Shown here piece after piece: positions 29,882 to 39,257 of a stretch of 64,000 bases of DNA (positions are counted from its first letter, which is position 1; each line of letters opens with the position of its first letter). This DNA comes from Nitrosopumilus sp. Lineage in GTDB: Archaea; Thermoproteota; Nitrososphaeria; Nitrososphaerales; Nitrosopumilaceae. Under the pieces are notes generated by a model. The model saw only the letters and a program-made list of their open reading frames with translations. It had not been told where the DNA came from and did no database searches. The stretch lies in contig OZ242220.1 of assembly GCA_965206745.1 (NCBI GenBank), positions 704,001-768,000 of the forward strand, given 5' to 3'. Made by a program: the position numbers and the translations under genes.

Positions 29882-30436
29882 GTGAAAAAGAGATGTCTTT
29901 GGGCTAAGGATGAGCCAAATATTACATATCATGATGAAGAATGGGGTGTTCCACAACATGCCGATCAAAAATTATTTGAGTTTTTAATATTGGAAGGTGC
30001 CCAAGCTGGTCTGTCTTGGACTACCATTCTCAAACGCAGGGAAGGATACCGCAAGGCCTTTTCTGATTTTGACGCTCAAAAAGTCTCAAAGTACACCCAA
30101 AAGCACGTGGAGGGACTACTCCAGAACGAATCGATAATTCGTAATCGGCTAAAAATCAACTCTGCAATCAATAACGCAAAACAATTCTTAAAGATCCAAG
30201 ATGAGTTTGGAACCTTTGATGAGTACTTGTGGGGCTTTGTCAGTCACAAGCCTATCAAGAACAGATTCAAGAAACATTCCCAGCTGCCTGCATCTACTGA
30301 GATTTCAGAAAAATTGAGCAAAGATCTCAAAAAACGGGGGTTTAGTTTTGTCGGGCCCACGATTTGCTACGCATTTATGCAATCTATGGGAATGGTAAAC
30401 GATCATATTTTTGGGTGCTTTTTGTATCAAAAATAA
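29882..30436 (+). CDS. tag: DNA-3-methyladenine glycosylase I
   Basis: RCLWA..YHDEEWGVP..LEGAQAGLSW..IIRNRLKI..FVGPTICYAFMQ..VNDH; GTG start. Confidence 0.93.
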   Translation: MKKRCLWAKDEPNITYHDEEWGVPQHADQKLFEFLILEGAQAGLSWTTILKRREGYRKAFSDFDAQKVSKYTQKHVEGLLQNESIIRNRLKINSAINNAKQFLKIQDEFGTFDEYLWGFVSHKPIKNRFKKHSQLPASTEISEKLSKDLKKRGFSFVGPTICYAFMQSMGMVNDHIFGCFLYQK

Positions 30437-30446
30437 TTTTAAGTGA

Positions 30447-30464
30447 GATTAATTTGGATTAATC
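30447..30464. promoter_or_regulatory. Putative operator GATTAAT-N4-ATTAATC
   Basis: Perfect 7-bp inverted repeat between a TTTTAA TATA-like box and the ATG at 30465. Confidence 0.5.
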
Positions 30465-30836
30465 ATGGCTGAGGGAAAATTTGCAACATCTGTTGCATGC
30501 ATGGATGGAAGGATTCAGATACCTTTGACAAACTGGATCAAGGAAAGGTATTCTGTTGATTTTGTTGACACTATTACGGAACCTGGTATCGACAAAATTA
30601 TATCTGGAAACACAGATCTCGACTCCATCAAAAGTAAGATAAACATCTCAATTAATGCACACGGGTCTGAACTGATTGTGGTTTCAGGCCACTATGACTG
30701 TGCTGGAAATCCGGTGTCTGACGAAGATCACATTACACAAATAAAAAAAAGTGTCAAAGTCATCTCTTCATCGAATCCAAACGTGACTGTTGTCGGTGTT
30801 TGGGTGGATGACAACTGGGCTGTAAATGTAATTTAA
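30465..30836 (+). CDS. Small beta-carbonic-anhydrase-like protein
   Basis: CMDGR and HYDCAG give the Cys, Asp-x-Arg and His-x-x-Cys pattern of beta-CA zinc sites. Confidence 0.7.
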   Translation: MAEGKFATSVACMDGRIQIPLTNWIKERYSVDFVDTITEPGIDKIISGNTDLDSIKSKINISINAHGSELIVVSGHYDCAGNPVSDEDHITQIKKSVKVISSSNPNVTVVGVWVDDNWAVNVI

Positions 30837-30853
30837 CTTTGAATCTGGTGGAC

Positions 30854-32113
30854 ATGCAACTATCCAGATTTTCAAAGACTGCAGGTCCCGGAATCTTGTT
30901 TGCATGCACTGCAATTGGCGTTTCACATCTAGTTCAGTCTACTAGGGCCGGTGCCGATTTTGGAGTGCTGATACTGGGATTTGTGATTTTGGTGACTTTG
31001 CTGAAATATCCTTTCTTTGAATACGGTTCCAGATATGCCAACTCCACCCAGACTAGTATTATTGACGGATACAGGAGGCTTGGCAAGCCTGTACTGTGGC
31101 TGTATTTTCTACTAACCATCGCATCGATGTTTTTTGTAACAGGCGCTGTCGGGTTTGTCACTGCTGGTTTTTTTGAAAATCTGTTTGGCATTGATTTTCT
31201 TGGGGAATGGACCGTGGTGATATTGTTTGCAGTATGTGTATCGATTCTGGCTATAGGAAAATACAATGTATTGGACAGTATGGTAAAGATCATCGCTATT
31301 GTCTTGCTGGCATCTACGGTATCTGCATTTCTGCTTGCAATGTATAATGGACCAATTGAGCAAATCCCGGGATTTGAGCCAAAAGAACTTTGGGAAATTT
31401 CCGGAATATTCTTCCTACTTGCATTGATGGGCTGGATGCCTACTGCCATAGATCTCTCTGCCTGGAATAGTCTATGGACTTTGGAGAGGATGAAGCAAAC
31501 ACGATACAGGCCCACACTGAAAGAAACTCTGTTTGAATTTCGCCTGGCTTATTTGATTACCGGCGTGCTTGCAATAATGTTTGTTGTATTGGGGGCATTC
31601 ATCTTTTACGGCTCTGGGGATGAACTTCCAAACAACAACTCTCTTTTTGCACACAAGGTAGTGACATTGTACACTGAAACAATAGGTGATTGGAGCTATA
31701 TCGTAATTGCCGCCTCTGCATTTACTGTGATGTTTGGGACGATTATTGCAGTCTTTGACGGATATTCTAGATCATTACAAAAAACAGTCGAATTGATCTT
31801 TACCAAAAATGAAGAGAAGATACGCACAAAATTCCGTACCCTTTACAATGCCTTTCTAATCCTGTTGGCAGGTGGGGCATTTGTAATCATTACTCAATTT
31901 GCAAATAATCTAAAAGAACTAGTTGATTTTGCAACCGTCTTGTCGTTTGTCATTGCACCGATAATTGCGATCTTTAATTTCAGATTGGTCACTGGCAACT
32001 TTCTGCCCAAGGAGCATCAGCCATCATTCCTGCTGAGATTTTTGAGTTTTGCAGGCATTGTATTTCTGTCCGGATTTGCACTGTTCTTTTTGATAACAAA
32101 ATTTTATTCATAA
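30854..32113 (+). CDS. NRAMP-like divalent metal transporter
   Basis: GPGILFACTAIGVSHLVQSTRAGA; about 11 TM; LMGWMP. Confidence 0.8.
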   Translation: MQLSRFSKTAGPGILFACTAIGVSHLVQSTRAGADFGVLILGFVILVTLLKYPFFEYGSRYANSTQTSIIDGYRRLGKPVLWLYFLLTIASMFFVTGAVGFVTAGFFENLFGIDFLGEWTVVILFAVCVSILAIGKYNVLDSMVKIIAIVLLASTVSAFLLAMYNGPIEQIPGFEPKELWEISGIFFLLALMGWMPTAIDLSAWNSLWTLERMKQTRYRPTLKETLFEFRLAYLITGVLAIMFVVLGAFIFYGSGDELPNNNSLFAHKVVTLYTETIGDWSYIVIAASAFTVMFGTIIAVFDGYSRSLQKTVELIFTKNEEKIRTKFRTLYNAFLILLAGGAFVIITQFANNLKELVDFATVLSFVIAPIIAIFNFRLVTGNFLPKEHQPSFLLRFLSFAGIVFLSGFALFFLITKFYS

Positions 32114-32145
32114 TCCTTTAAATTTGCCACCTTTCTACTTGATTT

Positions 32146-32661
32146 ATGAAAATTTCCACTAGGATGAAAAAAGCCCTAAATGATCAAATTACACTTGAGG
32201 CCTCTGCATCAAACAGTTATCTTGCAATGGCATCATGGTGTGAGGTTACTGGATATCAGGGGGCTGCAAATTATTTCTATGCCCAATCAGATGAAGAGAG
32301 AACCCACATGCTCAAAGTAGTTCGCTATCTTAATGCACTAGGTGCGGTTGCTGCAATACCTGCAATCAAAGCACCTGCAAGCTCCTACACTTCACTTGAA
32401 GGGCTAATCAAAGCAGCACTGAAGGGTGAACAGTCTGTTACAAAAGCAATTCATAGCATGGTGGAGATTGCCCAAAAAGAAAAAGATCACGCAACATACG
32501 TATTTCTAGAATGGTTTGTCAATGAGCAGGTTCAGGAGGAAACAAAGTTTGAGACACTTTTGCAAAAATTTGATCTTATTGGAAGAGACAAGATTGCAAT
32601 CAATGAAATTGACAAACTTCTAGCCATAGATGCTGCCGCACCGCCTGATCCTGCCGCATAA
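32146..32661 (+). CDS. ftn: Ferritin
   Basis: LNDQITLE..YLAMASW..EERTHM..FLEWFVNEQVQEE ferroxidase motifs. Confidence 0.92.
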   Translation: MKISTRMKKALNDQITLEASASNSYLAMASWCEVTGYQGAANYFYAQSDEERTHMLKVVRYLNALGAVAAIPAIKAPASSYTSLEGLIKAALKGEQSVTKAIHSMVEIAQKEKDHATYVFLEWFVNEQVQEETKFETLLQKFDLIGRDKIAINEIDKLLAIDAAAPPDPAA

Positions 32662-32705
32662 ACCACTTCTAAAATAATTAATACCCCGTCATTTTCAACT
32701 GACTC

Positions 32706-33038
32706 ATGACTGTTATTGTAACTAGAAAGCCAGGGGGAATTACGCAGCTGTTCAACACTGACACCGGCATGGTCACCTACAAGTGTAAGGCAGAATCTGC
32801 ATTCATGTTCATTGAGGCCTTTGGAGGCATAGTAAAATTCAATCAAAAGGGAGCGATTGCGATTGTGACTGGGCATATCACATCCGTAGAATCATGCGAC
32901 GTGTTAAAGAAGGGTCATTCAGAATACAAAGATGCCCTAACTGCTATTATTTCAGCGCACAAAGAGTTTGCAAAAACTGTTTCTGATTCATATCAAAAGG
33001 AGATTCAGGAACTAGAAAACAAGCTGTCTGCTCTATAA
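32706..33038 (+). CDS. Hypothetical protein
   Basis: Open frame with a TATA-like element upstream and a C-terminal helix. Confidence 0.7.
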   Translation: MTVIVTRKPGGITQLFNTDTGMVTYKCKAESAFMFIEAFGGIVKFNQKGAIAIVTGHITSVESCDVLKKGHSEYKDALTAIISAHKEFAKTVSDSYQKEIQELENKLSAL

Positions 33039-33081
33039 TTTTTATAGTTTCGGATTTGTAAATCTGGATTTTTCTACCTGC

Positions 33082-33255
33082 TCAACCGTATATCATGCAG
33101 TGTTCACATTCGCACACTTTTTGTTCTTTTGATTTCTTGAGGCACTTCTTGTGCTGTCCTGCCTGGCATTGTACACAAATTTCTTCCAGATTCTCTATGC
33201 TGGTATATTTTTTTGACTGATCAAAGCCGAATCCTCCGTCTTTTGGACCTACCAT
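33082..33255 (-). CDS. 57-aa Cys-rich metal-binding microprotein (not in ORF track)
   Basis: MVGPKDGGFGFDQSKKYTSIENLEEICVQCQAGQHKKCLKKSKEQKVCECEHCMIYG. Confidence 0.7.
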   Translation of the reverse strand: MVGPKDGGFGFDQSKKYTSIENLEEICVQCQAGQHKKCLKKSKEQKVCECEHCMIYG

Positions 33256-33289
33256 AAATCTACTAAATTGAGGCTCTATTTTTACTTCA

Positions 33290-33589
33290 CTAATTGATTG
33301 CTATCTTTATTGCATCTTGCAAATCCCTCTTGTGTGTTTCAATTATGCCCCGTATTTCAAAAGTATCCACATATCCTCCAGCTGATGCGCGAGTTGCTTT
33401 GATCAGGTAATGCAAAGCACCCTCTTCGATCTTGCCGACATAGTATCCGTATAGAAAGTCTGCCTCATCTTTACACTTCCAAATCTGCTTGATTGCTGGG
33501 AATGTTTGTTTGATCTCCGTAGGGATCTCCTGGATTCTTCTTCTAATGTATAGATCCAATGATTTTCTAATTGATGAATCTTGCAGCAT
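33290..33589 (-). CDS. Hypothetical protein
   Basis: DFLYGYYVGKIE motif; start moved to ATG 33589 to avoid overlap with the upstream microprotein. Confidence 0.7.
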   Translation of the reverse strand: MLQDSSIRKSLDLYIRRRIQEIPTEIKQTFPAIKQIWKCKDEADFLYGYYVGKIEEGALHYLIKATRASAGGYVDTFEIRGIIETHKRDLQDAIKIAIN

Positions 33590-33608
33590 TTCCCACTCTT
33601 TAATGACC

Positions 33609-33776
33609 TTAGTCCTTTTTCCCTTTTTTCGTTTTATTTTCATCTGGTTTGTCCCACATGTGCATCGTTCCTCTGATCATGTAAGAACCGACTATTATGG
33701 CGACTATTCCCCCAACTATGAATAAAAAGAACCTTCCGATATCCTTGATACTTGCCACAATATCACTAGCATTCAT
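33609..33776 (-). CDS. 55-aa single-TM microprotein (not in ORF track)
   Basis: MNASDIVASIKDIGRFFLFIVGGIVAIIVGSYMIRGTMHMWDKPDENKTKKGKKD. Confidence 0.65.
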   Translation of the reverse strand: MNASDIVASIKDIGRFFLFIVGGIVAIIVGSYMIRGTMHMWDKPDENKTKKGKKD

Positions 33777-33817
33777 GTCTAATTATAACTGTCTAAGATC
33801 AATAATTAGATTCAATA

Positions 33818-33940
33818 ATGAGTCTGAGGAACTTTCTTCAAATGTCTAAAATTAAGCAGATTGTTGCATGGGTTGCAATTATCGGTGGTGGAATAGCCTT
33901 TTTCTTCTTCTCAATAGAGCTGGCTGAGTTTATGCGTTAG
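33818..33940 (+). CDS. 40-aa single-TM microprotein (not in ORF track)
   Basis: MSLRNFLQMSKIKQIVAWVAIIGGGIAFFFFSIELAEFMR; divergent from the previous ORF across a 41-bp AT-rich spacer. Confidence 0.55.
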   Translation: MSLRNFLQMSKIKQIVAWVAIIGGGIAFFFFSIELAEFMR

Positions 33941-33973
33941 GCGTGAAAACTAAATACGCCGAATTTTACAACA

Positions 33974-34420
33974 ATGTTTGTGATTACCCAGAAGATCAAG
34001 GATTTTCTAAATTTGCAACGATTAGGATATGTGGCAACTGTTGCACCTGATGGAAGGCCAAACATCTCCCCCAAGGGAACTATCATTGGATGGACTGACA
34101 GAACACTGGCGTTTGCAGACATCCGTTCACCTGACACCATGAGGAATCTAAAAGACAATCCTGATGTGGAAATCAACGTCATTGATCCCCTTGTCCGTAA
34201 GGGGTACCTGTTCCAAGGTAGGGCTAGAATTCTTGGGAGCGGGGATTTGTACCAAGAAATCCTGAATCACTATAGGGGGAAGGGAATACAAAGTCCGATA
34301 AATTCAATTGTACTAGTTGATGTATCTGCTGTCTCTGATGTGGTTTCGCCACTATATGATATGGGCATCTCAGAAGAAGAAATAAAATTAAAATGGCAAA
34401 AACATTTTGCCAATCTATGA
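33974..34420 (+). CDS. Pyridoxamine 5'-phosphate oxidase-like flavin-binding protein
   Basis: VATVAPDGRPNISPKG..T.RNL..NP.VEI..KGYLFQG. Confidence 0.85.
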   Translation: MFVITQKIKDFLNLQRLGYVATVAPDGRPNISPKGTIIGWTDRTLAFADIRSPDTMRNLKDNPDVEINVIDPLVRKGYLFQGRARILGSGDLYQEILNHYRGKGIQSPINSIVLVDVSAVSDVVSPLYDMGISEEEIKLKWQKHFANL

Positions 34421-35197
34421 TTCGTTTAGTGACTGTGTAGTTTGTTTCAGGTTTTCCAACTCCTTTCTGGTTTTTTTGTGTTCCTCTCTCTCTTTTTCTA
34501 ATAATGTCTGAATTGCATCCAGCTCTCTTTGTGTTGTGCTGAGTTTTGACTTTAGTGATCCCACCACTACGCTTGCAGCCTCGATAATTCCTGCAGAATT
34601 TTTTTGATTTGTCTCATTTACCCCGATGAATTGCTTCTCTGATGGCGTTAGAATGCTTGCATCCTCAAACATGTCCTTTTTCTCCAATGTTTCTTTGGCA
34701 TTGTACAGCCTGGAATTTGCCTCATCTAATTCTTTTTCAACTTCAACTCGCTGTTTTTTGATGTCGGACAATGTTGCCTGTTCCTGCTTTATCTGTTCCT
34801 TGAGTTCATCGTGTTTTTTTGTAAATTCAACCAACTCTGCTTTTATTTTTGAATGATCGCCCTGAGTCTTGGCAAACTCTTCGACTGATTTTGAATCTTT
34901 GATCAACTCTGATTTCTTGCTTCTCTCTTTGATCTCCCGATATTGGCGTTGAATCACGTCCATCTCCATCTTTTTTTGATTGAGCTCCTTTTTCCCCATC
35001 ATCAGGTTGCCCACCGTTGTGTCATATTCTGCTTTTACCGTTGTAATTCTTTGAGTAATCTCCTCCAACTCTGCCTGTCTCTCTGCTATCTCTTTTTGAA
35101 TTTTTTCTACTTCTAGCTCAAGCTCTGTTTTTAGAGTCGATTCTTCATCCTCATTTGACACCTGCTTGTCTGCCTTCTTTTTACCGAAAAATCCCAT
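34415..35197 (-). CDS. Long coiled-coil protein
   Basis: MGFFGKKK start; E/K/Q heptads throughout. Confidence 0.8.
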   Translation of the reverse strand: MGFFGKKKADKQVSNEDEESTLKTELELEVEKIQKEIAERQAELEEITQRITTVKAEYDTTVGNLMMGKKELNQKKMEMDVIQRQYREIKERSKKSELIKDSKSVEEFAKTQGDHSKIKAELVEFTKKHDELKEQIKQEQATLSDIKKQRVEVEKELDEANSRLYNAKETLEKKDMFEDASILTPSEKQFIGVNETNQKNSAGIIEAASVVVGSLKSKLSTTQRELDAIQTLLEKEREEHKKTRKELENLKQTTQSLNES

Positions 35198-35234
35198 TAC
35201 TGTATCCCTGTTTTTTCCAAAAGATGAACCTTTC

Positions 35235-35435
35235 TTATCCCTGTTTTACCCGTCCTCTCAAAAATCTGAGATAAAATCCAATGCCGCCAATAATTAGTCC
35301 ACCAAACAGCGAGATTGTGCCTAACTCACGCATGTCTTGGTAGATGTTTGGAGCAAGAAACAGCAGTAACGCTCCGAGGATAATCAATGCAAATCCCCCG
35401 CTGTTTCTTGATCTGTTGTGCTCTCCGTGAACCAT
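35235..35435 (-). CDS. Small 2-TM membrane protein
   Basis: Two hydrophobic helices; immediately follows lysS. Confidence 0.7.
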   Translation of the reverse strand: MVHGEHNRSRNSGGFALIILGALLLFLAPNIYQDMRELGTISLFGGLIIGGIGFYLRFLRGRVKQG

Positions 35436-35437
35436 GA

Positions 35438-37027
35438 TTAAACGTACTCTGAGAGTGTTTTTGCCACCTGCTTTCTGCCTATGTCTGAAATGAAAGGCCC
35501 TATCTTTGGTCCTCTGGACGTTCCAAGTATGATCTGATATAATATTTTAAAGAAATCCTTTGGCTGCACATCATTTGATTTTGCAATCTGATATATTGTA
35601 TTTTGGATGTCTTCTAGTTCCTCGTCTCCTCCCAGTGCATCTACAAATAATTTTAGTGCCTTTTTTGAAGTTTCATCTAAATCCACCTGTACTCTTTCTT
35701 GCTCATCAAATTCGTTTGAATAGTTTCCTGCGAGTTCAATGATCTCCTCTATCTCCGGCTCTGGGTTTTTAATTACCCCGTAATCCAATAACTTCTTCAT
35801 CACTCTCTCACTTCTATTTTCTTTGAATATTTTTGCCAATTCGACTAGCAGTCTATAGTTTACATGCGTGCTTGACTGTTTTGGAGGATTTAGGAGATTT
35901 ACATACTCGTACAGTCCTTTTGATTTTGTCAATTTTGCTTGGTTCTCTACCTTGATCCGTCCAAAGTAGATGTCCTCTAGCTCGTTGTACTCATTCATCA
36001 GCGATGGTATGTCCTCAAATCCTAGCTCTCTTGCACCTGTGATTCTTTTGTAGAGCAATAGTAAGATTGATTTTGGACTGCCAAACTCCAACCATTTTTG
36101 CGCAGTAATCACATTTCCTGATGATTTTGAGATCTTTTTTCCTCCTTTGTCCAAAAACATCTCGTACTTTACATGGTGTGGATGGGGGAATCCTAAAACT
36201 TCATCTGCTACCCAGTCATTGACTTTGACTGAGTCCATGATGTCTTTGCCGTATGCCTCAAACCTGATGTCAAATGCCGTCCACCTTGCAGCAAACTCCA
36301 CTTTCCAAGCTAGTTTGCCCAGATCTTTGGTAATGTCTGCCTCTCCTATGTGGCCACATCCTTTGATCTTTTTTGAGCCTATCTCTGTATCGTGACAAGT
36401 GTACCTTACCTTCCTTTCGTCTGCGATGTACTCTGTTGCCTCTGCTGTATAGAGGCGCTTGCAATCTGCACATACTGGGAAATATGGCAGGTATTTTTGA
36501 TATTTTTCTTGTCCGACAAGTTCTGAAATCTTGTCTCCTATCTTTGCGCTGTTTTGCAAAATTGTATGGATTTGATCTTTTAGCAATCCCTGTTTGTATG
36601 TGTCAACTGCCCTTCTAAACTCATATTTTATTCCTACCTTTTCTAACCCTTCTAGCAGAATACTGCTCATGTGCATTCCGTACGAGTCATGACATCCATA
36701 AGGATCTGGAATTAGTGACACTGGTTTTGCAATGTGCTCCTCCAAGCCAAACTCCTGCATGCCTTTTGGAATTTTCCTCAATCCGTCCAGATCATCTGAA
36801 TATGCAATTAGTTCTGATCTATATCCCAAATTCTCCAAGGCAAGTTTCACCCCGTATGCTCTAACTGCATCTCCCAAGCTTCCAATGTGTGGAATTCCTG
36901 ATGCTCCCAAACCGCTCTCCACTCTAAGCAGATCCGTGCTTCTTCCAAGAGATTCTTCACGTTCAAGTAACTCAGAAGCTAACTTGTCTATCCAAGTTCC
37001 CTTTCCGATAATCTCTTGTTCTGTCAT
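35438..37027 (-). CDS. lysS: Class I lysyl-tRNA synthetase
   Basis: SGLGASGIPHIGS, DDLDGLRK, KLAWKVEFAARW, KISKSSGN, GPKIG. Confidence 0.96.
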   Translation of the reverse strand: MTEQEIIGKGTWIDKLASELLEREESLGRSTDLLRVESGLGASGIPHIGSLGDAVRAYGVKLALENLGYRSELIAYSDDLDGLRKIPKGMQEFGLEEHIAKPVSLIPDPYGCHDSYGMHMSSILLEGLEKVGIKYEFRRAVDTYKQGLLKDQIHTILQNSAKIGDKISELVGQEKYQKYLPYFPVCADCKRLYTAEATEYIADERKVRYTCHDTEIGSKKIKGCGHIGEADITKDLGKLAWKVEFAARWTAFDIRFEAYGKDIMDSVKVNDWVADEVLGFPHPHHVKYEMFLDKGGKKISKSSGNVITAQKWLEFGSPKSILLLLYKRITGARELGFEDIPSLMNEYNELEDIYFGRIKVENQAKLTKSKGLYEYVNLLNPPKQSSTHVNYRLLVELAKIFKENRSERVMKKLLDYGVIKNPEPEIEEIIELAGNYSNEFDEQERVQVDLDETSKKALKLFVDALGGDEELEDIQNTIYQIAKSNDVQPKDFFKILYQIILGTSRGPKIGPFISDIGRKQVAKTLSEYV

Positions 37028-37036
37028 CTCTTTTCA

Positions 37037-38623
37037 CTAGTTTAATGTCTTGGACATGTATGGCCCATATAACGAATACCCCAATTTTTGATAATACTCT
37101 CTTGTACCTACTGCACTAATTACTAGGAGTTTTTTGGCATCGAATTCTTCCTTTGATATCTTTTCAGCTTCTCTCATCAAATTTTTGCCCAATCCTGTAT
37201 GTTGAATCTCATCAGCCTCCTTCTCTCCCAGCTTCAATGATCTTCCATACACGTGAATCTCTCTTACTATGCACGTGTCTTCATTGATTTCGTCTCTGTG
37301 CGCATCGGCACTTGGTTTTCTCAATCTCAAAAACCCGTAAATTGACTCATTGTCGTCTTCATAGGACAAGAAAACCTCCTTTCCTCCCGATGAGTCATAA
37401 TCTATTCTACTTAATTTCACCTCTCCTCCATCTGTCCTCTTATCTGACAGCCCCACTTCTCTGCATCTGATACATCTGCAAGCAAATCCCTGTTTGGCCA
37501 GATTCTGATGCACAATCTGTCTCAAATTTCCTGACTTTGGTCCTGCAACTATCTCTCCAGGTGTGATCTCCCTCTGTACTCTCATAATTCTAACCCACTT
37601 TGGCACGTTTCTCTTTGCCTCCGTTAGGACTTTGATCATGTCCTCATCTGAGTATGGCGTATATCTTCCTTGTTTGTATTCTTCATACAGCGGCGTGTTC
37701 TCGATAACTAGTGACGGATAGATCTTTAGCATGTCTGGACGTAACTGCGAATCTGAAAACAATCTTTTAAAATCAGCAATGTCTTCCTGTGGACTCACTG
37801 TTGGCAACCCTGGCATCATATGTGCAACTAGTTTGTATCCTGCATCTTTTGAAATTTGGAATGATTCCACCACGTCGTTGTAGTCGTGACCCCTGTTGAC
37901 TATTTTGTAAACGCGCTCTTGCAATGATTGGACCCCGATCTCAACTCTTGTAATTCCATACCCTAACATCAAATCAACATGTTCTTTTTTACAGTAATCT
38001 GGCTTTGTTTCGATTGTGAATCCCACGTTTCTTATTGAGGCATGCTCGTTGTTTGTTTTTGCCTCTTCCAAATCTTTTGAGTCACTTCCATTCAATGCAT
38101 CATAACATGATTTTATGAAATCTTTTTGATAGTCTTTTGGCATGAATAGAAATGTTCCTCCCACAATCACAACTTCCATTTTTGATGGATCATGTCCAAA
38201 TGCAATTATTTTTTCAATTTTTGAAGTAATTTGTAATTTGGGATCAAATTCATTTTCTATTGCATTAAGCGATGATGGTTCCTTTCCTGTGTAGCTGTTG
38301 GGGGAATTAAATTCAATCCCTCCTGGACAGTACGTGCATCTTCCGTGTGGACATGCATACGGTTTGGGCATTAATGCAACAACTGACACGCCTGATGCTG
38401 TTTTTGCAGGTTTTCTTATCAGTACTTTTTTTAGTTTATCAAAATCCGACTCTTTCACCGTTGATAATATTTCATAATTTTTGGGAATTCTTTCCAGCGC
38501 ATATTTTGTACAAATTTTTATAATTTCTTCCTTTACTTGCTTTTTACTGGGTTCTTGAATGGTTAGAAGATTTTGTGTGATCTCACTGCATGCTTTGGAT
38601 AACACAGGGTCAAGCTTATTCAT
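37037..38623 (-). CDS. elp3: Elp3 tRNA U34 carboxymethyltransferase (radical SAM + KAT)
   Basis: KTASGVSVVA, CPHGRCTYCPGG, ETKPD, EIGVQS, REIHVYG, QHTGLG. Confidence 0.96.
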   Translation of the reverse strand: MNKLDPVLSKACSEITQNLLTIQEPSKKQVKEEIIKICTKYALERIPKNYEILSTVKESDFDKLKKVLIRKPAKTASGVSVVALMPKPYACPHGRCTYCPGGIEFNSPNSYTGKEPSSLNAIENEFDPKLQITSKIEKIIAFGHDPSKMEVVIVGGTFLFMPKDYQKDFIKSCYDALNGSDSKDLEEAKTNNEHASIRNVGFTIETKPDYCKKEHVDLMLGYGITRVEIGVQSLQERVYKIVNRGHDYNDVVESFQISKDAGYKLVAHMMPGLPTVSPQEDIADFKRLFSDSQLRPDMLKIYPSLVIENTPLYEEYKQGRYTPYSDEDMIKVLTEAKRNVPKWVRIMRVQREITPGEIVAGPKSGNLRQIVHQNLAKQGFACRCIRCREVGLSDKRTDGGEVKLSRIDYDSSGGKEVFLSYEDDNESIYGFLRLRKPSADAHRDEINEDTCIVREIHVYGRSLKLGEKEADEIQHTGLGKNLMREAEKISKEEFDAKKLLVISAVGTREYYQKLGYSLYGPYMSKTLN

Positions 38624-38679
38624 GAATATTCATATTGATCAAGACATAAATTCGTTAAATAATTTGAGATCGTTGGCAT

Positions 38680-39210
38680 CTATCTGCGCCTAGGAGTCTT
38701 TCTTTTAGTCGTCTTTCTAGCTGGCTTTCTCTTTACCACCTTTCTCTTCACAGCACTCTTTCTAGCTGGCTTTCTCTTTACCACCTTTCTCTTCACAGCA
38801 CTCTTTCTAGCTGGCTTTCTCTTTACCACCTTTCTCTTCACAGCACTCTTTCTAGCTGGCTTTCTCTTTACCACCTTTCTCTTCACAGCACTCTTTCTAG
38901 CTGGCTTTCTCTTTACCACCTTTCTCTTTGCAGCGCTCTTTCTAGCTGGCTTTCTCTTTACCACCTTTCTCTTTGCAGCGCTCTTTCTAGCTGGCTTTCT
39001 CTTTACCACCTTTCTCTTTGCAGCGCTCTTTCTAGCTGGCTTTCTCTTTACCACCTTTCTCTTTGCAGCGCTCTTTCTAGCTGGCTTTCTCTTTGATGAT
39101 TTTTTTATAATATTTTCTTTAACCTTTTTCAATTCGTTTAATTCTGACTGCATTTTTTTAATCTCTGCAATCATTTCTATTCTGAATGAATCATTATCTG
39201 TGCCTGACAT
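38680..39210 (-). CDS. Histone-H1/Hc2-like very basic repeat protein
   Basis: Short N-terminal coiled coil plus 8 x KRKPARKSA(A/V)KRKVV. Confidence 0.8.
   Translation of the reverse strand: MSGTDNDSFRIEMIAEIKKMQSELNELKKVKENIIKKSSKRKPARKSAAKRKVVKRKPARKSAAKRKVVKRKPARKSAAKRKVVKRKPARKSAAKRKVVKRKPARKSAVKRKVVKRKPARKSAVKRKVVKRKPARKSAVKRKVVKRKPARKSAVKRKVVKRKPARKTTKRKTPRRR
38713..39093. repeat. 45-bp coding tandem array, 8 full units plus a partial unit
   Basis: Unit ctctttctagctggctttctctttaccacctttctctt(cacagca/tgcagcg); two homogeneous blocks of four. Confidence 0.93.
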
Positions 39211-39257
39211 GAGTTGACATGAAGAAATTTTTATCTCATTTAAGACTTTTTAATCTG

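Noticed and set aside
38713-39093. CRISPR array
   Set aside because: Units are head-to-tail with no unique spacers, are in frame within a CDS, and no cas genes are present.
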